From positions 576,001-640,000 of the forward strand of contig CAXXMV010000006.1 in NCBI GenBank assembly GCA_963662285.2: 64,000 bases of DNA, read 5' to 3'. Made by a program: the position numbers and the translations under genes. The stretch comes from a bacterium (GTDB lineage: Bacteria > Hinthialibacterota > Hinthialibacteria > Hinthialibacterales > Hinthialibacteraceae). How positions within the stretch are numbered: position 1 is the first letter of the stretch; each line of letters begins with the position of its first letter. Under the pieces are notes generated by a model, which worked only from the letters and a program-made list of their open reading frames with translations, did no database searches and had not been told where the DNA came from. Of this stretch, positions 55,865 to 64,000 are shown piece by piece.

Positions 55865-55957
55865 AGGAAAATCTCCTGGATGGAAGATGTATTAAGCGTC
55901 TATGATAGATTAACGATGGTTCAGTGTTATTTGATTAGTCTCCCTGCAAAGAATCTT

Positions 55958-56725
55958 CTAATATGGAAACGTTTCATTCATCTCCGCATCGGCCAATTCT
56001 TTAATATATTGCGAGATTCTATCAACCGCTGTATTGACGATCAATTCCCCTTTAGCGGCGGTGGCTTTTTTAGGGTTGCCAACACCCGAATTGGTAGTAA
56101 CGATATGCCAGGGGCGGGTGATTTGCGCCCAGCCTTTATTGATTGCGTCAAACTGTGATTGCTTCACCGCCCCGTCATCGGCGGCGGCCATTGCGACCAG
56201 TTCTGGATAGAGATAGAGCGCAACGCTGGTCTCCATCTCTTCAGCATGATCTCCACCGGGATGATCGAGCAGGTCATCATACAGGTCGCATGGTACTTTC
56301 CACCATTCTACCAGGCTCAAAAATACTTCTGTTTGACCATAAAGTTCACGCAGGGTATTCTTAAATCCATTACCGCCATGCCCGTTAAGGATGATCATTT
56401 TCCTTATGCCATGCGCTTCAACCGACTTGACCAGATCGCGTATCATCAGATCGAGCGTGGATGGATTGACCGACATGGTCATGGGAAAACCCATCAGGTT
56501 GCTATCCACGCCATAGGGCAGGCATGGCAGCAGAGCAACCTTGGCGCCCAGTTCATAGGCGCGTTGGCAAATTAGATCGCCCACTCTTTCAGTGGTCAAA
56601 GAGTCATTGCCATAGGGTAGGTGAAGGTTATGAGGCTCGGTGGCGCCTATGGGAAGCACCACTACTTCATAAGGATTATCTTTGACGAAGTTATAATTAG
56701 TATCAAGCAATTTCCAAGGTTTCAA
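55958..56725 (-). CDS. Creatininase / amidohydrolase family protein
   Basis: LPIGATEPH..HLP.GND, NGHGGN, DHA.E.ETS, GVG.P..ATA.KG; TTG start at 56725 with a GGAGG RBS. Confidence 0.9.
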   Translation of the reverse strand: MKPWKLLDTNYNFVKDNPYEVVVLPIGATEPHNLHLPYGNDSLTTERVGDLICQRAYELGAKVALLPCLPYGVDSNLMGFPMTMSVNPSTLDLMIRDLVKSVEAHGIRKMIILNGHGGNGFKNTLRELYGQTEVFLSLVEWWKVPCDLYDDLLDHPGGDHAEEMETSVALYLYPELVAMAAADDGAVKQSQFDAINKGWAQITRPWHIVTTNSGVGNPKKATAAKGELIVNTAVDRISQYIKELADAEMNETFPY

Positions 56726-57233
56726 GATAACGCCTCCAGGCGGCTTCGATTTGATCAAGGCAATCCCTAAATGAATATTGCGCCGTGTCGATCTCTACAT
56801 CGGCGGCGGATTGATACATGGGAGTGCGTTCTTCAAGCACTTCGATTATCTCATCAGTAGTCGATTTGGCGCCGGTTAAAGACGGCCTGTTCTGATCGCC
56901 GCCGATGCGCCGGGCGATAGTGACCGGATCGGCTTGCAACCAGACCACGAAACCCTTGCGCTTCAGGAATTGCATATTTTGTTCACGGGTGACGACGCCC
57001 CCGCCGCAGTCTATGATTACGCCGCTCTTATTACTCAACTCTTCGGCCAGTTTTTGTTCTGCATCGCGGAATGAGGGCCAGCCATTTTTTTCTACATACG
57101 CGGCGATCTTTTCGCCAAAGCGTTCTTCGAGCATGGCGTCCATGTGATGTACAGGCATTCCCAGTCTTTTACCCATTGAGTTACTGAGAGTTGATTTGCC
57201 GGTTCCTCTATATCCAATTAATACCAGATTCAT
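56703..57233 (-). CDS. aroK: Shikimate kinase
   Basis: LIGYRGTGKS (P-loop), G...FR..E, GGG, RP.L, R...Y; TAATG coupling to aroE. Confidence 0.93.
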   Translation of the reverse strand: MNLVLIGYRGTGKSTLSNSMGKRLGMPVHHMDAMLEERFGEKIAAYVEKNGWPSFRDAEQKLAEELSNKSGVIIDCGGGVVTREQNMQFLKRKGFVVWLQADPVTIARRIGGDQNRPSLTGAKSTTDEIIEVLEERTPMYQSAADVEIDTAQYSFRDCLDQIEAAWRRYLETLEIA

Positions 57234-58096
57234 TATCGTCCCAAAGCGCTTTCCACCGCATGCAGCATGACGTCGACTGGCGGTTGTTTTTCTGTCCATA
57301 AACGAAACTGTTCGGCGCCCTGGTTGACGAACATGGGCACGCCGTTGATGATCCGGGCTGAGCGTTTTTCCGCCCGCTGCAAGAGAAGGGTTTTGGCCGG
57401 ATTGTATATTACATCGAAGACCAAGTGACGTTCGGACAGCATCGATTCTTCAACCAGGCACTCATCCACCTTGGGAGACATGCCGATAGGAGTTGTGTTG
57501 ATGATTATATCGGATTGGCTTAATACATTGCTTATATCATCAGGTTTCAGCGATGCGGCGGTAATGGGAATTTCGGTGCATTTTCGGATATCATCAATTA
57601 AATCCTGAGCCATTTGCTTGTCTTCATCTCTGTGCAGGAAAGCAATATTCCTGGGTGAGCGTTCGCAGGCTATAGTAAAAGCAACTCCCCGCGCCGCTCC
57701 TCCGACGCCTAAAAAGGCGATGCTTTTGCCATCGGTTTTATCCAGTTTTTCAATGGCGTTGAGCGCTCCAAAACCATCCGTATTGGTTCCAATCAGGCGC
57801 CCGTTGTTATTGGTGACAGTATTGACGGCGCCGATCCGCTTGGCTAAAGGCGTGATTTCATCAAGGTATTTCATTACCTCAACTTTATGTGGAATGGTAA
57901 CGGAAAGCCCTTTTACGCCGAAACCTCGAACGCCTTCAATGGCTTGTCCCACGTCTTTGACATTAAAAGCGACGTAGGCGAAATCCAATCCAAGCGCCTG
58001 GAAAGCGGCGTTATGCATCAGTGGTGATAGAGAATGCTCGATGGGATCGCCGATGACGGCGCAGACTTTGGTTGATCCTTTGATAGCAAGATTCAT
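57233..58096 (-). CDS. aroE: Shikimate dehydrogenase
   Basis: GDPI.HSLSP.MHN, SVTIPHK, GAVNT, NTDG.G, G.GGAAR, INTTP.GM, D.IYNP, QGA.QF.LW. Confidence 0.95.
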   Translation of the reverse strand: MNLAIKGSTKVCAVIGDPIEHSLSPLMHNAAFQALGLDFAYVAFNVKDVGQAIEGVRGFGVKGLSVTIPHKVEVMKYLDEITPLAKRIGAVNTVTNNNGRLIGTNTDGFGALNAIEKLDKTDGKSIAFLGVGGAARGVAFTIACERSPRNIAFLHRDEDKQMAQDLIDDIRKCTEIPITAASLKPDDISNVLSQSDIIINTTPIGMSPKVDECLVEESMLSERHLVFDVIYNPAKTLLLQRAEKRSARIINGVPMFVNQGAEQFRLWTEKQPPVDVMLHAVESALGR

Positions 58097-58210
58097 ATTT
58101 AATAATCCCCTGGGGCAAAATTAAGCAATGGTGTAAACCATTGAACGCACGTAGTATGTAGAATAGGTCAGTCTTTGTGCGATGACAAATTGTAAATGAG
58201 TTCATTAAAT

Positions 58211-58243
58211 AAAAAAACCCCAGGATAATCTCCATGGGGTTTT
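58211..58243 (-). terminator. Intrinsic terminator after rpoD
   Basis: AAAACCCCA...TGGGGTTTT stem; T7 tract on the minus strand. Confidence 0.7.
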
Positions 58244-58273
58244 GATGTTATCAAAAAAAAAAACGAGAATTAA

Positions 58274-60037
58274 TCATTCAACAAAGTCGCGCAGTTTTTT
58301 GCTGCGAATGGGATGACGCAATTTACGCAAAGCTTTGGTTTCTATTTGGCGGACGCGCTCACGGGTGACGCCGAAACGGTTGCCGACTTCTTCAAGAGTT
58401 CGTTCATAACCATCGCAAATGCCGAAACGTAAACGCAGCACCGATTCTTCGCGTTCGGTTAAGGTTTTGAGCACAATTTCCAACTGCTCATCCATGATGT
58501 GATCTGACGTACAGAGAGAAGGTGATGTAATTGATTTGTCTTCAATAAAGTCGCCGAAATGGGTATCGCCTTCATCGCCAACCGGCATCTCCAGGGATAT
58601 GGGTTGTTGAGCGATTTTGAATACGCCTTGCACCTTATCGACCGGCAGACAAATATGTAGGGCAATTTCGTCCGGAGTAGGTTCACGTCCGTATTCCTGC
58701 ACCAGTTTCCTCGATATACGGGACATCTTGTTTATGGTTTCGATCATGTGAACCGGGATGCGAATGGTTCTGGCCTGATCGGCGATAGCGCGGGTTACTG
58801 CTTGTCTGATCCACCAGGTTGCGTAGGTGCTGAACTTGTAACCCCGCCGGTATTCAAATTTATCAACCGCACGCATCAAGCCAATGTTGCCTTCCTGGAT
58901 CAAGTCAAGAAATTGCAAACCACGGTTGGTGTAGTTTTTCGCTATAGAAACGACCAGACGGAGATTGGCTTTAACCACATCCATCTTGGCTAAATGGGCG
59001 ATGTTCTCCCCATCTTTGATCATATCGGCGATTTTTTCGAGTTTGTCCAGAGGATCCTCTAGTTCTTTTTTGCATCGCGCCAAACGGTCGGCGGCGCGGG
59101 TAAGTTTTTTACAGATTGCGATCAATTCATCGCGACTTTTGCCGGTGCGTTTTTCCAACTCGCTTTTACCAAAACTGGTATAGCGTAGTTTTTTAAATAG
59201 ATCTGCAATTTCAGGGAATTTTATATCAAGATTTTTTTCAACAGTCTGGATATCCCATTGTGAATCAACAATCCTATTATGAATCGTAAGAATCTTTTTG
59301 GCGATTTTGCCTATTACTTCATGATCGATTCTCATAGAGATGAGAAGATTGCCAAGGTGAATTTTTTTACCGATAATTTTGGGTCGGTTTTGTTTGGCGC
59401 TTTTACGTTCTAATTTCTGAATATCGAGGTGTTCGTTCTCTAATTGAGTAAGTTTATCGCGTAAGTCTTTGATGATGTTTATGCGGTCTTCTTCATCAAA
59501 ATCTTCTTTAAGATCGAAATTCTGAATAATCTGTTCAACGCGCGAGTTTTTGTGTTCCAGATTCTCTACGATTGACTTGATTTCTTTAAGAGCGCTGTTG
59601 CTCAGAGCGAGCGCCCGGCAAATCTTAAAATGGCCTGACTCGATCTTTTTGGCGAGTTCGATTTCCTGTTCGCGATCCAATAGCGGAACGCGTCCCATTT
59701 CGCGTAGATACAGCCGTACCGGATCATCTACCTTGGATCGCTCTTCTACGACTGTTATCTGCTCTTGTTCCGGCTCCTGCTCGCTATTAACCACAGAAAG
59801 TGTCTTTATCGGGCTTTCGGAACGGGCAAGTTCAGATAACTCTTCGACGACTGGTATATCAAGATCATGCATAACTATGAACATATCGTCGAGGTCATCG
59901 ACGCTCATAGTCTCATCAGTGATCATTTGGTTAACATCGTCGAATGTCAGGCGGCCATTTCTCTCCCCAAGTTCAATTAATTTTTTAAATTTCGCGCTTT
60001 GTTGCTGTCGTTCTGCACTAGCTGCTTGCTTTATCAT
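58274..60037 (-). CDS. rpoD: Primary sigma factor RpoD
   Basis: Region 1.1; [16 protein letters not shown]; [54 protein letters not shown]; [26 protein letters not shown]. Confidence 0.98.
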   Translation of the reverse strand: MIKQAASAERQQQSAKFKKLIELGERNGRLTFDDVNQMITDETMSVDDLDDMFIVMHDLDIPVVEELSELARSESPIKTLSVVNSEQEPEQEQITVVEERSKVDDPVRLYLREMGRVPLLDREQEIELAKKIESGHFKICRALALSNSALKEIKSIVENLEHKNSRVEQIIQNFDLKEDFDEEDRINIIKDLRDKLTQLENEHLDIQKLERKSAKQNRPKIIGKKIHLGNLLISMRIDHEVIGKIAKKILTIHNRIVDSQWDIQTVEKNLDIKFPEIADLFKKLRYTSFGKSELEKRTGKSRDELIAICKKLTRAADRLARCKKELEDPLDKLEKIADMIKDGENIAHLAKMDVVKANLRLVVSIAKNYTNRGLQFLDLIQEGNIGLMRAVDKFEYRRGYKFSTYATWWIRQAVTRAIADQARTIRIPVHMIETINKMSRISRKLVQEYGREPTPDEIALHICLPVDKVQGVFKIAQQPISLEMPVGDEGDTHFGDFIEDKSITSPSLCTSDHIMDEQLEIVLKTLTEREESVLRLRFGICDGYERTLEEVGNRFGVTRERVRQIETKALRKLRHPIRSKKLRDFVE

Positions 60038-60130
60038 AAAAACATTCTCCCAAAAGGCAATAATTAGATATTATAACCTCTAGACAATGAAATGATCTGT
60101 TGTGATATGAGACCAATCAAACGCGAATAG

Positions 60131-60155
60131 CAAATTATAGGGCGCCTATAATTTG
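60131..60155. promoter_or_regulatory. Perfect 11-bp inverted repeat upstream of rpoD
   Basis: CAAATTATAGG-GCG-CCTATAATTTG. Confidence 0.45.
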
Positions 60156-60361
60156 GGGGATTAAGAAGATATGCGGTTAAACGACGAGCGTGATAACCGT
60201 AAAAAGATAGACGTGTCTTCTCCCGAAACACATCCCATTTCAATATAAAAAAACTAAATAGAATCACAAGATTCTCTCCGAACGTCTAAGGTGCGTGTAG
60301 TTCATTGAGAAAGAATAAATGAAGTATAGTCACGAGTTTAAAAACAAGCAAGAGTTTTATG

Positions 60362-61381
60362 TCAGGTTTTCAATCTCCTCAAACATTCGTCTATAACCTT
60401 ACAGGTGAATTCATCAGTTGAACAACTGCCCCCCAAGTCTGGAGTTGATTCACCATCAACCAGAATCTTCAAAGTTGCGTCTCTTAATTGCTCACCAAGA
60501 GTATTTTCTCCCAATGCTTCGAATAGCAGCGATACCGCAATAATGATGGCTGTTGGATTACAGATGTTCTTGCCCGCAATATCCGGCGCCGTGCCTCCAG
60601 CAGGATCAAACATGGCCAGACGAATCGATCCATCTGGATTGAAAGAATAATTACCGCTTCCTCCTATACCTAACGATCCGACCAGTCCACACGCCATATC
60701 TGACAAAAAGTCGCCGTATTCGTTTAGAACTACTATCACGCCATAATCAGATGGCGTGATAATTATTTTGGCCAACAGCGCATCGAAGAGCTCTTTGCGA
60801 TGGATTACTTCAGGAAACTCCTTTGACATATCATTGATTACATCTTGGAATAAACCATCGGTGACGGACTGGATTGTATATTTTGAAGCTGAGGTCAATT
60901 CTTTCTTTTTGGATTGGGCCAGTTTGTATGCAAAACGAGACGCTTCTTCGCAAGGCTTTCTCTCCACTACCCGGATAGATACTGCAGCATCGTCTCCTAT
61001 CATTCTACCGGGATCTTCATAAGTGCCTCCGGTTGCAATACGGACGATATCAAAATCTATTGGTTGGTTGAAATTTGTTTTTACGCCAGGGATGGAAACC
61101 ACCGGTCGATGAATCACGCTGAAGTTGCATATTCGGCGCAGGATGGCATTGGGGCTTTCTAATTCAGTAACGGTTGGATATTTGATCGCAAATTTGGTTT
61201 GGTTTATGAATTCTTCTGCTTCATCGTATACTTTTCTTCCATTTATCTTGCGGTTTTCAAGGCTTAAATCAACCTGTTGCAATTCAACATCTATTGGCAA
61301 TTCCTGCATGATAGTGTGGACGCAATGACTTAGTTCTGGTCCAATACCGTCGCCTAAAAACTCTGAAATGACATAGGACAT
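60362..61381 (-). CDS. Isocitrate/isopropylmalate dehydrogenase family protein, atypical
   Basis: GDGIGPE, SPN..LR, RP, N.YGD.LSD...GL.GS.G, G.APDIAGKN..NP, TPDLGG. Start 61381 or 61414. Confidence 0.85.
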   Translation of the reverse strand: MSYVISEFLGDGIGPELSHCVHTIMQELPIDVELQQVDLSLENRKINGRKVYDEAEEFINQTKFAIKYPTVTELESPNAILRRICNFSVIHRPVVSIPGVKTNFNQPIDFDIVRIATGGTYEDPGRMIGDDAAVSIRVVERKPCEEASRFAYKLAQSKKKELTSASKYTIQSVTDGLFQDVINDMSKEFPEVIHRKELFDALLAKIIITPSDYGVIVVLNEYGDFLSDMACGLVGSLGIGGSGNYSFNPDGSIRLAMFDPAGGTAPDIAGKNICNPTAIIIAVSLLFEALGENTLGEQLRDATLKILVDGESTPDLGGSCSTDEFTCKVIDECLRRLKT

Positions 61382-61501
61382 TTTTTTCACCGAATTAGAT
61401 TCAATTTTATTCACCCCTATATTTTACTTGAAAATCCAGATATATGACTATACCAAATTCTGAATCGCTTGGGTTGTTGTCTGAAAAGCAACAGTCAACC
61501 T

Positions 61502-63019
61502 TTAGCGGTGGTTAGATGAAGCGCTCTGAACCGGCAGCGGGAAGACGCCGTAGGATGATTTATAGCGGGGCAGCAAGTTAATTACGCGACCGGCAGGAGA
61601 GATCACTCCCGTAATTCCAGTATTGGCTGCACGGACAACATAGAGACCGTTTTCCGCCGCTCTAAAACAGCATTGGCTAAGATGCTGTTCTAATCCAGCT
61701 GATCTTTTATACCATGCGTCGTTAGTGATATTGACAAAAAATTCCGCGCCTTGCTTTTTGGCATGACGCCATAACTGAGGCAGGGTGGATTCAAAGCAGA
61801 TGGTTACGGCGAAACGCATTCCGTTTCTTAATTTGAATATGGTTATTTCTGCGCCGGGTTGAAAGATTCCCGCGCCCGATTCTTCAATCAGCGTCTCAAT
61901 CAAATTGAAGGGCCAATATTTTCCCAAAGGTATCCATTCACCAAAAGGCACCAGATGGTTCTTGGCGTATGAAGGAACCGATGAGATATCGATTGTGCTG
62001 CCTTTTAAGTCAAAAGAATTGCCTGGAGAAAACAGGTAGGCTTTATTCCAGAATTTCCATTTTTTATCTGTGGTATATAAACCACTGACCGAACCGATAA
62101 GCAGTTCTACATCGAACCTGTCAGCGAACTGCTGGATTTGAGTCACTCCTTCCGGCCAATATTCCAGCGGCATGGTGATAGTGCTTTCAGGCCAGACAAT
62201 CAGATCGGGCGATTGATTGATTGATTGTCCAGATAATGACAGGTAGGTTTCCAGGGTTTTTTCCACTGTTGCGGTCTCTTTTTCATGCTGCTCAAAACCG
62301 CCCTGGATTAACGCCACGCGTAGAGGTTTGCTGGTGGCAGAGTTATTTGAATTGCTGTTGATGGCGAATATTCCATAAATTCCGATGAGCACCAATAAAC
62401 CCAAAAATCCCGCTAAAAATATTTTTTGAAAACGCATCCGGGCGGAAGATATGATTTCAGATGAGGCATTAATTCTTCGACAGACTGACCATCGACAGAT
62501 GCCATCCGCAATGGAAGCGTTCAATCCGACAATAATGAAAGAAAGCCCTGGAACTCCAATCCAAAATACCGAAGTCATCATCACCGTATTGGGATAAAAA
62601 CTATGCCCCAGGTAGCCCCAGGCAAAAGATAGTGGACCCAATGATCGTATATACTCAACCATAAACCAGATCAATCCAGCTATAGGAATCCAAAACGAAT
62701 AACGTTTGCACCAACCAATAGCCATGCATTGGCATGATTGGTAAACCGATAAAACAATTACCAGGGTCAGCATGCCGCCAGTAGTTACATGATGAAGCCA
62801 GTAGAGTAGACCGAGATGAAAGGTGATGCCGAACAGCAATCCCATCTCGGCATTGATGCGCAACCGATCAGGTTGCAATCGAGTTAAAAGGGGAATCAGA
62901 GCTACAAAAACAATGGGGGGAAAATGGAAAGGTGGAAAAGCAGAAACCAGAAGGACGCCGGATAGAAAGGCGGCCAAGGCGTCACTCCAATGAAGGTTCG
63001 GCGTCAAGTTGTGAATCAT
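61502..63019 (-). CDS. lnt: Apolipoprotein N-acyltransferase
   Basis: AFPPF, E..RS.G..F.W..LG, WPES, K.HLVPFGE..P, ICFES, N.TNDAW, RAAE......RAANTGI. Start uncertain because it overlaps yacG. Confidence 0.93.
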   Translation of the reverse strand: MIHNLTPNLHWSDALAAFLSGVLLVSAFPPFHFPPIVFVALIPLLTRLQPDRLRINAEMGLLFGITFHLGLLYWLHHVTTGGMLTLVIVLSVYQSCQCMAIGWCKRYSFWIPIAGLIWFMVEYIRSLGPLSFAWGYLGHSFYPNTVMMTSVFWIGVPGLSFIIVGLNASIADGICRWSVCRRINASSEIISSARMRFQKIFLAGFLGLLVLIGIYGIFAINSNSNNSATSKPLRVALIQGGFEQHEKETATVEKTLETYLSLSGQSINQSPDLIVWPESTITMPLEYWPEGVTQIQQFADRFDVELLIGSVSGLYTTDKKWKFWNKAYLFSPGNSFDLKGSTIDISSVPSYAKNHLVPFGEWIPLGKYWPFNLIETLIEESGAGIFQPGAEITIFKLRNGMRFAVTICFESTLPQLWRHAKKQGAEFFVNITNDAWYKRSAGLEQHLSQCCFRAAENGLYVVRAANTGITGVISPAGRVINLLPRYKSSYGVFPLPVQSASSNHR

Positions 63020-63200
63020 CTTCATCAATAAGGATTTCATCACTGATTTTATAGTCTCCCGAAAACCAACTGTTGAGATCAACCATCTTACAATGTTTGC
63101 TGCAAAAAGGATAATAAGGATGATCCTTATCTTCTATAAAGGACTTCCCACATGTTCTGCATAAAGATATTTGCGCATCAGCTTTGGTTTTTTTTTCCAT
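62982..63200 (-). CDS. yacG: DNA gyrase inhibitor YacG
   Basis: CRTCGK...YPFCSKHCKMVDL..W....Y.I with an acidic tail; AGGAG RBS. Confidence 0.9.
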   Translation of the reverse strand: MEKKTKADAQISLCRTCGKSFIEDKDHPYYPFCSKHCKMVDLNSWFSGDYKISDEILIDEDDSQLDAEPSLE

Positions 63201-63332
63201 GACTTTAACTCCTGATCATTATTCTAATCAACCGCCTTCTTACGAAAAGAGAAAGAGCGCTAATTTTTTCATAATAAGTAAAAATTTAAGGTATAATGAT
63301 AATATAAGGTCCTTCACCAAAGGAGGCGAATC

Positions 63333-63599
63333 ATGATGAGATATGAAGAAGTTTTACTTTGGGCGCTGGTTGTTTTGTTGGTGGTTTTTTCATTAACGAC
63401 TGGACGGGAGTTGTTCAGATTCATAAAAAGTGGTTTTCGTCATGCAATCAACGTGTGGAAATGGCAGCCTTTTGTCGGCTTCATTTCAGGTGATGTAAAA
63501 AAGCGTAAACATCATAACGCAGCAGAATCTGAAATGGGAATGCATTACCACCAAGGAAGCAAAAAACATACCTTTCCAAAAGCACGTAGAATTACCTGA
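63333..63599 (+). CDS. Small hypothetical protein with an N-terminal TM segment
   Basis: Strong AAGGAGG RBS, TATAAT upstream, hydrophobic N-terminus, hairpin downstream. Confidence 0.6.
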   Translation: MMRYEEVLLWALVVLLVVFSLTTGRELFRFIKSGFRHAINVWKWQPFVGFISGDVKKRKHHNAAESEMGMHYHQGSKKHTFPKARRIT

Positions 63600-63627
63600 T
63601 TTTATTAGATTTCAAGTTATAGAGCGA

Positions 63628-63670
63628 GCAAACAGCGATTCTATCGAATGAGTAGGGTCGCTGTTTTGTT
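63628..63670 (+). terminator. Hairpin (likely terminator) after the small ORF
   Basis: AAACAGCGATTCTAT...GTAGGGTCGCTGTTT followed by TGTT. Confidence 0.55.
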
Positions 63671-63766
63671 ATGAATAACAATATGGATTATTTAATTATG
63701 TCTTAACAATCAGGTGATTAGATGATAGTGTTTAAAAACATAATTTTTATTCTTAAGAGGAAACTA

Positions 63767-64000
63767 ATGAAAACAATCTTCCGGTTCGCTTGCATTTTTT
63801 CAATAATATTGGCGCTAGGTTCATATTCGGCGTCAGGTGAAAACTGGCCTTCCTATCTAAAAGATAACGCAAGGAGCGGCATCAGCGCAGATACATTCCA
63901 GACGCCCCTTAAATCAAATTGGATATTCCAGTCGCCCAACCAACCAAATCCTGCATGGCCTGCGCCAGCTCCACGGGATTTCTGGCATAAAATCAGGGAA
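63767..64000 (+). CDS. Secreted PQQ-like beta-propeller protein, N-terminal fragment (runs off the window end)
   Basis: GAGG RBS; translated by hand as MKTIFRFACIFSIILALGSYSASGENWPSYLKDNARSG...PL...W......P.PAWP, a typical start for these proteins. Not in the supplied ORF track. Confidence 0.7.
   Translation, partial: MKTIFRFACIFSIILALGSYSASGENWPSYLKDNARSGISADTFQTPLKSNWIFQSPNQPNPAWPAPAPRDFWHKIRE

Noticed and set aside
60064-60267. 67-aa ORF upstream of rpoD as a possible leader peptide
   Set aside because: No RBS or motif; it overlaps the probable promoter region.
1-64000. tRNA, rRNA, riboswitches, prophage, integrase/transposase genes, recoded stop codons
   Set aside because: I recognised no such signatures by eye. 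A covariance-model scan would be needed to exclude small RNAs formally.

Overview
A gene-dense 64-kb stretch of bacterial chromosome with about 48 protein-coding genes. I found no rRNA, tRNA, CRISPR array, transposase or integrase. Housekeeping genes (UbiD-family decarboxylase, alr, rpoD, aroE, aroK, lnt, yacG, a macrodomain protein) are mixed with many secreted or Tat-exported proteins linked to carbohydrate use: two sulfatases, DUF1080, ThuA, Gfo/Idh/MocA, DUF362, FG-GAP proteins and GH-like proteins. There is also a small PP2C/STAS/NarL signalling block. A solo prepilin-type gene and the C-terminal tags suggest a Sumerlaeota/Hinthialibacterota(OLB16)-like organism; this is inference only. 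The most notable observations are: (1) two unrelated secreted proteins end in the same NVxx[FW]E[IM]Y-stop tag, a candidate protein-sorting signal; (2) a class III-like photolyase keeps its Trp triad and most flavin-pocket residues but has several DNA-binding residues replaced, so it may be cryptochrome-like; (3) an operon of galT, an IMPase-like gene and a plant-type arabinokinase-like kinase; (4) two dispersed families of structured intergenic REP-like repeats, one with a compensatory base change; (5) an OYE-PreT/GltD fusion enzyme; (6) a 19-bp perfect inverted repeat with mirror-image extended -10 boxes between divergent genes; (7) a candidate sRNA of about 70 nt. All calls come from reading motifs by eye; no database search was run.
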